DNA from: Candidatus Sungiibacteriota bacterium
GTDB taxonomy: Bacteria > Patescibacteriota > Minisyncoccia > Sungbacterales > HO2-52-23
Direction: 5' to 3'
NCBI GenBank assembly: GCA_016206285.1
Contig: JACQRW010000007.1
Span: forward strand, 16,455-80,454
DNA length: 64,000 nucleotides
Positions 49,983 to 59,193 of this stretch are shown here, one piece after another (the stretch's first letter is position 1; every line of letters starts with the position of its first letter). The notes below the pieces were generated by a model. That model did not search any database and was not told where the DNA came from. It saw nothing but the letters and a program-made list of their open reading frames with translations. The translations under genes were made by a program, and so were the position numbers.

Positions 49983-50855
49983 TTATATATCAAGTTTTTT
50001 CAAGTACTGTCTGAACTGCTTGCCAATCTCCGGATGTTTAAGCCCGACCTGCACCATTGCCTTAGCAAATCCAAGTTTTTCTCCGCAATCCAGCAATATC
50101 CCCTCGTATTCATAGCCATACATCTCTCCCCCTTTTTTTAGATAGAGTTGGAATGCACCTGTTTGATATAATTCCCCTCCGGGACCAGGCTTCATGACTG
50201 CCAAAAGATCCAGGAGCTCGGGCGTATAGATATATTTGCCGCGTGACACAAGATTGGAAGGCGCCTCTTCAATCTTCGGCTTCTCAATCATATCGGTCAC
50301 TCTGAATGTCCGATTGGAAATCTTTTTTACGCCGACAATACCATATCTTGAAACCATTTTTTTAGGAACACGATCAAGTGCAAGTACTGGCTTATGATAT
50401 AAGTCAAAGACATCCATAAGCTGTTTCAAGCATGGCACTTTTGCGTCAACAACATCGTCTTCATAGAGAACAGCGACAGGCTCATCATGTCCGATAAGAT
50501 GTCTAGCTTGCAATACTGCGTGTCCGGGTCCCAACGGTTCGCTTTCACGGACATAAGTAAATTTTGCCAGAGACGATATTGCGTGAATGCGATCCGCAAG
50601 TTCGGTCTTCCCGCGATTACGGAGAAAATACTCAAGTTCCAGAGAATAGTCAAAGTGATCCTCTATAGCTCTCTTACCCCGACCGGTTACAAAGATAATA
50701 TCAGTAATGCCGGATGCAACTGCTTCCTCAACCAAAAACTGTATGACCGGCTTGTCGATCAAGGGCAGCATTGCCTTGGGTTGTGCTTTGGTTGCAGGAA
50801 GAAACCTGGTTCCAAGACCAGCAACTGGAATAATGACTTTAGTCAAAGGTCTCAT
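49983..50855 (-). CDS. galU: UTP--glucose-1-phosphate uridylyltransferase
   Basis: IPVAGLGTRFLPATKAQPK, AIEDHFD, EKP, DCG. Confidence 0.92.
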   Translation of the reverse strand: MRPLTKVIIPVAGLGTRFLPATKAQPKAMLPLIDKPVIQFLVEEAVASGITDIIFVTGRGKRAIEDHFDYSLELEYFLRNRGKTELADRIHAISSLAKFTYVRESEPLGPGHAVLQARHLIGHDEPVAVLYEDDVVDAKVPCLKQLMDVFDLYHKPVLALDRVPKKMVSRYGIVGVKKISNRTFRVTDMIEKPKIEEAPSNLVSRGKYIYTPELLDLLAVMKPGPGGELYQTGAFQLYLKKGGEMYGYEYEGILLDCGEKLGFAKAMVQVGLKHPEIGKQFRQYLKKLDI

Positions 50856-50942
50856 ATAGTTTGTCCCTTATATATGAAAAATGTCCTATATTCTATAAGA
50901 CATTTCCCATATATAAGATGTGTTATCCCCATAAATGAGAAA

Positions 50943-51779
50943 TTACTTGAGAGAATAGATCGTCCAACGTTTTTCGCCTTCTTTTTTAAGGACATCTTTT
51001 TGCACCAGATCGTGCAGATCGCGTTGGATAGTTTTAGCGCTTACATCAGCAAGCAGGGTCTGGAAATCACTTATTTTTGCCTGGGACACCTTTTCTACAA
51101 AGCTAAGTATATCTTTTTGGCGACCGGTTATACTGGCATTTTGACCGGAGTGGCGTAGCAAAGGTTTTTGAGAAACTTGCTTCTCACTGTCTTTGGCGGG
51201 GCCGTCAGAATCAATACGCCTGTTGGGCATGGACATTTCCGGACCGCTTTGTCTTGTCGCCTTCTGATTATGCCCGGTATATTCTGCGTTCGTTCGGTCA
51301 GGCGAAGCGTGCTGCTTCCCATGACTCTCACTCACTTGATTATACTCTGTATATTCGGCGTTCGCTCGGCCTCGAGAAATGGGTTTCTCGCGGCTCTCAC
51401 TCACTTGATTATAACCCGCTGCATCGGGGTTCCAGTCACGATTTTGGGAAATATTGTTCACGGCAAGTTCCTGCCTGAAAAAATGTTCAAGCGCTTCATA
51501 CTCGCGTTCAAGGATAGTCAGGTTGATCGGCCGGACCAGCCGCATGGCACGGCTCACGCGCAAATACCCTTTTATGGTTTCAACCCTGGCAAGCACACTA
51601 AGAGCCTCCGCTTCATGACTGCCGGCATAATCGTATTCGGTGACATTTCCAAAAATTTCGTTTGCCTTTTCCCGAAGCTGCCGCTTGAGCGCCTCCCCCT
51701 GCGGAAAAAAATCCGTTACGCGGTAGAGCGCCAGGGTGAGTTCAAACGCTTTGCGATGCAATTCTTGCGAAGTGTTCAT
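50943..51779 (-). CDS. Four-helix-bundle N-terminus plus C-terminal DeoR-like winged HTH protein
   Basis: ELTLALYRVTDFFP..E.LKRQLRE; RQKDIL...VSAKTIQRDLHDLV...EGEKRWTIY. Confidence 0.75.
   Translation of the reverse strand: MNTSQELHRKAFELTLALYRVTDFFPQGEALKRQLREKANEIFGNVTEYDYAGSHEAEALSVLARVETIKGYLRVSRAMRLVRPINLTILEREYEALEHFFRQELAVNNISQNRDWNPDAAGYNQVSESREKPISRGRANAEYTEYNQVSESHGKQHASPDRTNAEYTGHNQKATRQSGPEMSMPNRRIDSDGPAKDSEKQVSQKPLLRHSGQNASITGRQKDILSFVEKVSQAKISDFQTLLADVSAKTIQRDLHDLVQKDVLKKEGEKRWTIYSLK
51266..51413. repeat. Two tandem 72/69-bp units inside the linker of the wHTH gene
   Basis: Conserved gattat...gtatattc.gcgttcg.tcgg and ctctcactcactt flanking a variable hairpin. Confidence 0.8.
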
Positions 51780-51855
51780 ACTATACTACTTTCATAACAA
51801 TAACTCCCCTTGCTGTCAATTTGGTGCACTCCCAAATGTTTGATAAAATGACTAA

Positions 51856-52557
51856 ATGAAAAAAGAAACATTTTCACAAAAGCAGGACCGGACGGACAAA
51901 ATTTTCTCACTGCTGAAAAAAACTTACCCGGACGCAGGCATGATCCTCCGGTTTTCCAACCCGTGGGAACTGCTGGTCGCAGTCATTCTCTCCGCACAGT
52001 GCACCGACAAAAAAGTAAACGAGGTAACTGAAAAACTTTTCCAAAAATATCGAACGCTCGATGCCTACGTCCGGGCAGGCACGAGCACGGCCGGAAGAAA
52101 AGAATTTGAACATATGATCCACTCCACCGGCTTCTATCGTGCAAAAGCAAAACATATTCTTGCAACAGCAAAACTTGTCAAAGAAAATTTCAACGGAAAA
52201 ATTCCGAAGACAATGGAAGAGTTGCTCACGCTCCGCGGCGTGGCGCGCAAAACCGCAAACGTAGTTCTGGGAAATGCGTACGGAGTTGTCGAGGGCATTG
52301 CCGTGGACACGCACGTCGCCCGCCTCTCGCAACGCCTCGAACTTTCCGCAGCGCATGATCCAAAAAAAATTGAACGCGATCTCATGGAGCTGCTCCCAAA
52401 AAAAAATTGGTTCCGCTCCACGTATCTGCTCATCGACCACGGCAGAAAAATCTGCACCGCAAAAGACCCGCGATGCGATCTGTGTCCATTGCAAAAAATT
52501 TGTCCGTCAGCATTCCAGTTTCCAAGATTTGAAAAGAACGTAAAACATAACACATAA
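51856..52557 (+). CDS. nth: Endonuclease III
   Basis: LSAQCTD, GVARKTANVVL, VDTHV, C-x6-C-x2-C-x5-C cluster. Confidence 0.95.
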   Translation: MKKETFSQKQDRTDKIFSLLKKTYPDAGMILRFSNPWELLVAVILSAQCTDKKVNEVTEKLFQKYRTLDAYVRAGTSTAGRKEFEHMIHSTGFYRAKAKHILATAKLVKENFNGKIPKTMEELLTLRGVARKTANVVLGNAYGVVEGIAVDTHVARLSQRLELSAAHDPKKIERDLMELLPKKNWFRSTYLLIDHGRKICTAKDPRCDLCPLQKICPSAFQFPRFEKNVKHNT

Positions 52558-52568
52558 CACGAAACACT
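52534..52568 (+). repeat. Degenerate heptamer array, left flank of the four-helix-bundle gene
   Basis: aagaacg taaaaca taacaca taacacg aaacact, then ATG. Confidence 0.75.
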
Positions 52569-52928
52569 ATGGAGCGGAAATTCCACGCTATCCTGAGAGA
52601 AAGAATGGATGACTTTGTACATTTGGTATACAAAGTTACAAAACAATTTCCAAGAGAAGAATTGTATGGATCAACTTCACAACTGAGGCGAGCATCGCTT
52701 TCAATCATCTTAAACTATATTGAGGGATACGCCCGCAAGAGAACACTTGTGAAAATCAATTTCTTTGAAACATCATTCGGCTCGCTTCAGGAAAGCAGAT
52801 ATCTCTTGGAATTTGCGAGAAAAGAAAACTGGCTTACCGAAACTGAATATGCTACCACATCACGCATAGCAGAAGAAATTGCCGCAATGCTTTGGAAGAC
52901 GATAGAGCATCTTCATCGTGATATGTGA
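52569..52928 (+). CDS. Four helix bundle protein (23S rRNA IVP / TIGR02436 family)
   Basis: VYKVTKQFPREELYGSTSQLRRASLSI..N..EGY, SFGSLQES. Confidence 0.92.
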   Translation: MERKFHAILRERMDDFVHLVYKVTKQFPREELYGSTSQLRRASLSIILNYIEGYARKRTLVKINFFETSFGSLQESRYLLEFARKENWLTETEYATTSRIAEEIAAMLWKTIEHLHRDM

Positions 52929-52951
52929 TACGTTTTACGTGTATCGTTTCT
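52917..52951 (-). repeat. Degenerate heptamer array, right flank, inverted
   Basis: cgtgata tgtgata cgtttta cgtgtat cgtttct; reverse complement is agaaacg atacacg taaaacg tatcaca tatcacg. Confidence 0.72.
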
Positions 52952-52968
52952 CTTGTGGATAACTTTTC

Positions 52969-52997
52969 TTGACGTATTTTTATATATCTGGGATAAT
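52969..52997 (+). promoter_or_regulatory. Sigma70-type promoter
   Basis: TTGACG-N17-GATAAT with extended TG, immediately after a DnaA box. Confidence 0.5.
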
Positions 52998-53017
52998 AAG
53001 AATCAGAAATTAGATGA

Positions 53018-53287
53018 ATGATACATTTTCTGATTTCTCGCTTTGCAAAGCCAATATATTCGTTCTTTTTCAGAAATTTTTATTCAGATGATTTCTTTCA
53101 TCTCATTTCCGTTCTTTCAAAAAAACTCGCTGTATGCACAGCATATAAGCGAAAGTTATCTCTCTTTTCTATCGGTATCATTGCCGCAAAACAGGTCCGT
53201 AATCAAAACCTGATTTGCAAAATACGAATTTGTTTCGCGGTAATGATACCAAAAAAGTTTGGGCCACCTCTCGGTGGCCCTCTTTAA
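53018..53287 (+). CDS. Possible small hypothetical protein (or sRNA)
   Basis: 89-aa AT-rich ORF between a promoter and a hairpin; no family motif recognised. Confidence 0.3.
   Translation: MIHFLISRFAKPIYSFFFRNFYSDDFFHLISVLSKKLAVCTAYKRKLSLFSIGIIAAKQVRNQNLICKIRICFAVMIPKKFGPPLGGPL
53261..53280. terminator. Terminator downstream of clpB
   Basis: gggccacc-tctc-ggtggccc flanked by A/T-rich tracts. Confidence 0.75.
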
Positions 53288-56011
53288 TTATCTTTTTGTC
53301 ATGGCGTGAGTCCGCGGCTTCACCTGTTTTACTGCAAGTTTTTTTGCATGCGGCGAGATGGTAATCTTGCCGTCTTTGACGCCGATCAAAATCGAGTCTC
53401 CGGAAACTATTTTCCCGGAAATAATTTCATGCGCAAGCGGATCGAGAATCATGCTCTGGATCGCGCGCTTGAGCGGACGTGCACCATAGTTTGCATCATA
53501 TCCTTTTTCCGCGATCACGCTCTTCACCTCGTCCGCAAACGCAATCGCGATCTCGCGGCCCTCCATGCGTTTGGCTACGCGATCCAGCTGTATCTCGACA
53601 ATCTTTTGAATCGTCGCCGGATTTAATGAGGAGAAGAAAATAATCTCATCAAGACGGTTGAGAAACTCGGGGCGGAAGTTGCGCTCCAACGCCCGACGGA
53701 TCCGTCCTTTCATGTCGGACTCTTTGCGCTCGCGCGTGTCTTCGTCTATTGTCATGAATCCGATCTGACCCATCTCGTGTACAAATTCGCTGCCTACGTT
53801 GGATGTCATCACAATGATCGTATTTTTAAAATTCACGGTGCGACCCTTGGCATCCGTCAGGCGGCCGTTGTCGAGAATCTGCAAAAGAATATTAAATACT
53901 TCCGGATGCGCTTTTTCAATTTCGTCAAAGAGTATGACCGAATACGGGCGATGCTTTACGAGCTCGGTGAGCTGCCCGCCCTCTTCATAACCGACGTATC
54001 CCGGAGGCGAGCCGATGAATTTTGCCGCAGTGTGACGCTCCATATATTCGGACATATCAATCCGGATGAGCGCCTTTTCATCGCTGAACAAAAATTCCGC
54101 GAGCGCTTTGGCAAGTTCTGTTTTGCCAACGCCTGTCTGCCCCAAAAACATGAAGGAGCCGATGGGGCGGTTCTCTTCGCCGATGCCCGCGCGGGAGCGC
54201 CGCACCGCGGATGCGATCCGTTCGATTGCTTCGTCTTGGCCGATCACGCGCTTCTTGAGTTCATCTTCCATCTTGATCAGGCGCGATGCCTCGGTTTCGA
54301 TAATTTTGGTCACGGGAATGCCGGTCCAGCGCGCAATCGCGGCTGCGATATCTTCTTCCGTAACTTCGCCGCGCAATAAATTCCGTGAATTCTGCAAGCT
54401 CACCAAACGCTTTTCCGCATCTTCCAGCTGTGTTTCAAGCTGCGGAATTTTCCCGTACCGCAATTCGGCAACCTTGCCAAACTCACCGCTGCGCTCCGCA
54501 ATATCCGACTCCTGGCGTGATTCGTCAAGATTTTTTTTGAATGCGCGTACTTCCTGAATCGTCTCTTTCTCTTTTGCCCATGTTTGCTCAAGCCCGCGGA
54601 TGCTTTCCTGCAGATCCGAGATTTCCTTTTCGATTTTCTTGAGGCGCTCTTTTTGCTTGCGGTCGGATTCTTTTTTGTCCGCCTGCGAAGATTCACTTAC
54701 CAAACCCGCACGCTCGATTTCAAGCCGCATGATTTTTCTCCGCGTCTCGTCCAGTTCTTTTGGCAGACTGTCCATCTCAAGCCGGAGCGAAGATGCAGCC
54801 TCATCCATCAGGTCAACTGCCTTATCCGGCAGGAATCGGTCCGTAATATACCGCGAAGACAACTGCGCCGCGGAAACCAAGGCCGCATCGGTAATTTTTA
54901 CGCCATGATGCGCCTCATACTTGCGCTTCAGCCCGCGCAAAATTGCAATCGTGTCTTCAACTGAAGGCTCATCCACATACACCGCCTGGAAACGCCGGGC
55001 AAGAGCCGGGTCCCGTTCAATATAGCGCTGATATTCGCGCAATGTGGTGGCACCGATTGCATGCAGCTCTCCGCGCGCAAGCGCAGGTTTCAACATGTTA
55101 GACGCATCAATGGCGCCTTCAGCGGCACCCGCACCAACAAGGGTATGCAGCTCATCAATAAAAATAATATATTTGCCGCCTCCGCGCTCGATTTCGCGCA
55201 CCACCGCTTTTAGGCGGTCTTCAAACTCTCCCCGGTATTTGGTACCCGCCACAATAGCTGCAATATCAATCGCGATTACTTCTTTTTCCTTCAGCGTCTC
55301 CGGCACATCACCCGCCACAATTCGCTCCGCAAGGCCTTCAGCAATCGCGGTCTTGCCTACCCCGGCCTCGCCGATCAGCACCGGATTGTTTTTAGTCCGG
55401 CGCGAGAGCACCTGCATTACGCGGCGGATTTCGTCGTCCCGGCCGATTACCGGATCAAGCTTTTCGGCACGCGCAAGGCGGGTCAGATTGCGCGCATATT
55501 TTTCCAGTACGTTATATTTTGTCTCCGGCTCCTGATCCGTAATGCGCTGGCCTCCGCGAAGCTCCGCGAGCGAGCGCAAAATAACTTCTTTTTGCAGGCC
55601 CTCGCGCGTCAGTATGTCTTTTGCCCGGGACTGCACATCCATAAGAGCCAGAAATAAATGCTCGGTCGAGATAAACTCATCTTTGAGCTGGCTGGCCTCC
55701 CGATGCGCCTGTTCGATCACCTTTGCAAGATCTTGGGTCAGGTAGACCTGCCCCAACGGAGTTGAGACCACGCTTCCACGCGGCATCGCGTCAAGCGCCT
55801 CGAACATACGATCCGCAAATGCCGATATGTCAATCTCCAATTTTTCTAAAATAGCATCAACGGTGCCCTCCTCCTGCAGCACCAGAGCCGCAAGCAAATG
55901 CAGCGCATCAATCTGCTGATGCGAACGTTCCAAAGCAAGGTCATGCGCCCGCTTAAGGGCTTCCTGCGCTTTAACCGTAAATTGTTGAAATGGCGGAAAT
56001 GATGGTGGCAT
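53288..56011 (-). CDS. clpB: Chaperone ClpB
   Basis: [24 protein letters not shown], long middle coiled coil, [17 protein letters not shown]; promoter TTGATT-N17-TATAGT (56120-56092). Confidence 0.93.
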   Translation of the reverse strand: MPPSFPPFQQFTVKAQEALKRAHDLALERSHQQIDALHLLAALVLQEEGTVDAILEKLEIDISAFADRMFEALDAMPRGSVVSTPLGQVYLTQDLAKVIEQAHREASQLKDEFISTEHLFLALMDVQSRAKDILTREGLQKEVILRSLAELRGGQRITDQEPETKYNVLEKYARNLTRLARAEKLDPVIGRDDEIRRVMQVLSRRTKNNPVLIGEAGVGKTAIAEGLAERIVAGDVPETLKEKEVIAIDIAAIVAGTKYRGEFEDRLKAVVREIERGGGKYIIFIDELHTLVGAGAAEGAIDASNMLKPALARGELHAIGATTLREYQRYIERDPALARRFQAVYVDEPSVEDTIAILRGLKRKYEAHHGVKITDAALVSAAQLSSRYITDRFLPDKAVDLMDEAASSLRLEMDSLPKELDETRRKIMRLEIERAGLVSESSQADKKESDRKQKERLKKIEKEISDLQESIRGLEQTWAKEKETIQEVRAFKKNLDESRQESDIAERSGEFGKVAELRYGKIPQLETQLEDAEKRLVSLQNSRNLLRGEVTEEDIAAAIARWTGIPVTKIIETEASRLIKMEDELKKRVIGQDEAIERIASAVRRSRAGIGEENRPIGSFMFLGQTGVGKTELAKALAEFLFSDEKALIRIDMSEYMERHTAAKFIGSPPGYVGYEEGGQLTELVKHRPYSVILFDEIEKAHPEVFNILLQILDNGRLTDAKGRTVNFKNTIIVMTSNVGSEFVHEMGQIGFMTIDEDTRERKESDMKGRIRRALERNFRPEFLNRLDEIIFFSSLNPATIQKIVEIQLDRVAKRMEGREIAIAFADEVKSVIAEKGYDANYGARPLKRAIQSMILDPLAHEIISGKIVSGDSILIGVKDGKITISPHAKKLAVKQVKPRTHAMTKR

Positions 56012-56179
56012 AAAGATAAAAAAGTTAAAATTGCTTATATTCTTGACTTAGAACACGAAAAGAATTCGTTTCGTCACATATTTCTACCGCAACTATATCA
56101 GAAAAATTTCAAAAAATCAAGTCCCCACTGGTTTCAGCGGGGTGTATAATCGGTATGCACTTCCTCGCTTAGCACAATA

Positions 56180-56911
56180 TCAAAACGTCAATCGGCGGAA
56201 TGTTTCCACGTACTTTATGCGTTTTTTCTTTCCGGCCTGCCTGCCGGTAGGCACGGCATCGCGAGCGCGATCGCGCATTCGTTTTTCCATTGCTTTGACA
56301 TCCTTGATCTGGCTTTCGTGAGCCCGAAGAGCTTGTATTTTTTTGTCCATGGTCTTTGACACGTCAACCCACAGATTCGGCTTGTCCGTACCCCAAAACC
56401 AGACTTCTTCAATCTGATGGGGCATGATATTGGCTTTGGCAAGCTCCGGGAAAAAACCAAGTGAACCTGCTGCGGGATAAATTGAATCAAACACCGCTTC
56501 AGCAGTTATCCGATGATCACGATGAAACCTGCCAAAGAGATCAAAGGCATGGTTTCCCGGGTCGTACGCAAGCACAATATCAGGGCGCGCTTCGCGTATC
56601 ACGCGCGTAAGCATTTTGCGCAATGCGAGCGTATTTTCAAGAGACCCGTCAGTCTGGCGAAGAAAAATAACCTCATCCACACCGGCTATTTTTGCCGCAG
56701 TGCGTTGTTCGGCCTCGCGCATGAGCGTCATTGCACGTTTTGACTGGCGCACGTTATGCACCCCCTTCTCACCATTCGTGATAATGCAATAGACTACTTC
56801 GTTACCTTCGCTGGTCAGCCGCGCAACAGTAGCGGAGCATCCGAAGTCAACATCATCGGGATGCGCGGAAAAAACCAGAAATTTTTTCTTTGATCCGACC
56901 AGCGATTTCAT
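56180..56911 (-). CDS. PIG-L/LmbE-family deacetylase
   Basis: AHPDD, HRDH, AHESQ. Confidence 0.9.
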   Translation of the reverse strand: MKSLVGSKKKFLVFSAHPDDVDFGCSATVARLTSEGNEVVYCIITNGEKGVHNVRQSKRAMTLMREAEQRTAAKIAGVDEVIFLRQTDGSLENTLALRKMLTRVIREARPDIVLAYDPGNHAFDLFGRFHRDHRITAEAVFDSIYPAAGSLGFFPELAKANIMPHQIEEVWFWGTDKPNLWVDVSKTMDKKIQALRAHESQIKDVKAMEKRMRDRARDAVPTGRQAGKKKRIKYVETFRRLTF

Positions 56912-58188
56912 TTCCGTTCCTCAAGTTTTACTTTCACGTCAAATTCCTTGTCATCTCGAAATATGCGCAACGTCACCGTTTCTCCGACTTTGTGCTTCTG
57001 GATCAACGCAGACAAGGGATGATCTATATCAATCCGTTCGCCGTCAAAGAACAAAATAATATCGCCTTCTTTGAGACCGGCAACCGATGCAGGACTTCCG
57101 GTCGCGACTCCTCCTTCGTTCTCGCCTTTTGCGACCAGCGCTCCATAATCGCGCTTCAACCCTTGTTTTGCAGCCAACTCTTTAGAGACAATCACATAAC
57201 GCACCCCAAGAAACGGATAAATAAAACGACCGTATGCTTTTATATTCTCCAGATCGCGCTTTGCCTTGTTAATCGGCAAGGCAAACCCAATACCCTGCGC
57301 GCCGCTTGCAACCGCCGTATTGATCCCAATCACCTCGCCGCGAATATTGAGCAAGGGCCCGCCGGAATTGCCAGGGTTAATCGCAGCATCAGTCTGGATC
57401 AACTCCTGCAAAGCTTCCGGTCCCGAAGCTCCGCCCTGCGCCACTATGGAGCGCTGCAAGCCGGAGATTACGCCAACCGAAACCGTATTGCGGAACTCGC
57501 CAAGCGCGTTGCCGATTGCGATCACCGTCTGGCCGATTTTCACCTGGCTTGAGTCGCCCGGACGCAGCGACGGAAAGTTCGATCCGACCACTTGAAGCAC
57601 GGCCAGGTCCTGGATCGGGTCGCGCGCCAGTACTTTTGCCGGCAGCTTTTTGCCGTCATTCATGAGTACCGTATAGCTCGCTTCTTTGTCCGCAACCACA
57701 TGCTTATTGGTAATGATCAATCCATCAGACGAGACAAAAAAACCTGTTCCCGCGGACACATCCTGTTTCCGAGTTCCTTTTTGGCGCAGCTGCGGAATCT
57801 GAATACTTGGTCCGTTATCTCCAAAAAATTGTTTGAACAAGGGATCATCTCCAAACGGGTCAACATAATATTGCTCCACAATCGGCACATCTTTGCTGGC
57901 AACCACGCTTACCACTGCCGGAGATGCCGATGCAACCACCTTTTCAACCGTGTCCTCCGGACGCACCGGAACCACAACATCATCTTTTATTTTTTCCGGA
58001 GTGGTCTGCGTTATTTTTTCAAGAAATGACGGCCTATGGTATACGATAGTTCCACCGCTTCCCGCCTCCGGCCCGGCAATAAGCGGCCCAAATACACTCA
58101 ATGAAAGAATTGTCCCGATAATCGAAACCACAAAACTTAAAACCACGCTGAATAAAATTAACTGCCGCGTTGTTGGTTGGTGTTCCAT
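56908..58188 (-). CDS. htrA: HtrA/DegP-family serine protease with PDZ domain
   Basis: N-terminal TM, TNKHV, DLAVL, AAINPGNSGGPL, PDZ. Confidence 0.92.
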   Translation of the reverse strand: MEHQPTTRQLILFSVVLSFVVSIIGTILSLSVFGPLIAGPEAGSGGTIVYHRPSFLEKITQTTPEKIKDDVVVPVRPEDTVEKVVASASPAVVSVVASKDVPIVEQYYVDPFGDDPLFKQFFGDNGPSIQIPQLRQKGTRKQDVSAGTGFFVSSDGLIITNKHVVADKEASYTVLMNDGKKLPAKVLARDPIQDLAVLQVVGSNFPSLRPGDSSQVKIGQTVIAIGNALGEFRNTVSVGVISGLQRSIVAQGGASGPEALQELIQTDAAINPGNSGGPLLNIRGEVIGINTAVASGAQGIGFALPINKAKRDLENIKAYGRFIYPFLGVRYVIVSKELAAKQGLKRDYGALVAKGENEGGVATGSPASVAGLKEGDIILFFDGERIDIDHPLSALIQKHKVGETVTLRIFRDDKEFDVKVKLEERK

Positions 58189-58190
58189 AT

Positions 58191-58424
58191 TTATATCGCC
58201 TCTACTCCGATAATCCCAGGCACCCGCATTTTAAGCAGCTCTTCAACGCCTCCTTTTAGAGTAAGCACGCTCAAGGGGCACCCATCGCACATGCCAAGCA
58301 TTTTAACATAAACTATCCCGTTTTCAAGCCTGACAAACTCAATATCCCCGAGATGCTGCGCCAGCATCGGCCGTATCTCTTCAAGCGCTTCTTTGACTTT
58401 TTTGAACATCATCGGCTGTTCCAT
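58191..58424 (-). CDS. NifU/Nfu-domain Fe-S carrier
   Basis: IRP.L..H.GDIE, GMCDGCP.S..TLK.GVE. Confidence 0.88.
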   Translation of the reverse strand: MEQPMMFKKVKEALEEIRPMLAQHLGDIEFVRLENGIVYVKMLGMCDGCPLSVLTLKGGVEELLKMRVPGIIGVEAI

Positions 58425-58732
58425 CCTATTATTTTTCCTAAAATGTGCTGTTTGTTTATGACTCCGAAATTCCTGCTCGATGCCCCCCACAAAACCACAC
58501 TTCCAACATCATATCCGTCTACCCGCACACCAAGAACCTTTTTTACCAAAATCTGTCCGGAACCATTCGGGTTGCCAAACACGAGAAAATCCCCCGCTCC
58601 TATAGACCCCCATCCGCTTGCCCAATACAACTTGCCCTGCACTAAACTGGGCCAGCAGCTTTCACCGCTCACCCGCACCCGAAATAATATTTTCTTAATA
58701 GAGCTTATCGGTAATAGCCTGATATGCTTCAT
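58409..58732 (-). CDS. sodX: Ni-SOD maturation protease (S26-like)
   Basis: RVSGES.WPSL, GDFLVF, LVKK, SRNFG; directly downstream of sodN. Confidence 0.7.
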   Translation of the reverse strand: MKHIRLLPISSIKKILFRVRVSGESCWPSLVQGKLYWASGWGSIGAGDFLVFGNPNGSGQILVKKVLGVRVDGYDVGSVVLWGASSRNFGVINKQHILGKIIGWNSR

Positions 58733-59183
58733 ACCGTTCCGGAACTTTTTTTGCCTCGTAAAATATTTTTGCAATCCCGTCTACCGCCTCAACTAATTTT
58801 TGCGCCGCATCCGCGTTGACCTCCTGCTTATTTTTTGAACACAGCTTTACGGCATCCCAGAACAAAACATGCAGATTCGGAAACTGTTCCAGATGCTCCG
58901 ATTTAAAAAAATCCGTCCAGAGAATCAACAATTCTTTCTTACAAAGCTCGGCGTGCTGTTCTTTTACCGCGATACGCCGGCTGATCATGTTGGCGTGATT
59001 TGCAATCGAATGGCTGTCCGTGCTTTGGGGCGGCTGTATTTCATCCAATTGCTGTACCATCCGCGCCACAGTCTTTGCTGCGATCTTTGCCGGAGTCGGA
59101 TCATACACACCGCATGGAATGTCACAGTGGGCATCTGCAGTAATTGTAGGCATAATTTCCGATAGATATTTTACAATTTGCAT
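58695..59183 (-). CDS. sodN: Nickel superoxide dismutase precursor
   Basis: Leader followed by nickel hook HCDIPCGVYDP; LILWTDFFK. Confidence 0.93.
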   Translation of the reverse strand: MQIVKYLSEIMPTITADAHCDIPCGVYDPTPAKIAAKTVARMVQQLDEIQPPQSTDSHSIANHANMISRRIAVKEQHAELCKKELLILWTDFFKSEHLEQFPNLHVLFWDAVKLCSKNKQEVNADAAQKLVEAVDGIAKIFYEAKKVPERYEAYQAITDKLY

Positions 59184-59193
59184 AGAAGTGATA

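Noticed and set aside
51266-51413. Mini-CRISPR array
   Set aside because: Only two units, repeats are imperfect, it lies in frame inside a CDS, and there are no cas genes.
50943-52928. Diversity-generating retroelement (four-helix bundles resemble Avd)
   Set aside because: No reverse transcriptase and no TR/VR pair with adenine-specific mismatches. The paralog tracts are identical or differ only at synonymous sites.
56122-56142. IS200/IS605-like end hairpin (ccccactg-gttt-cagcgggg)
   Set aside because: Single short hairpin with no tnpA/tnpB; it could simply be a terminator of the upstream run.
56160-56190. CIRCE element upstream of clpB
   Set aside because: Only a TTAGCAC half-site is present, with no partner at the 9-bp spacing.
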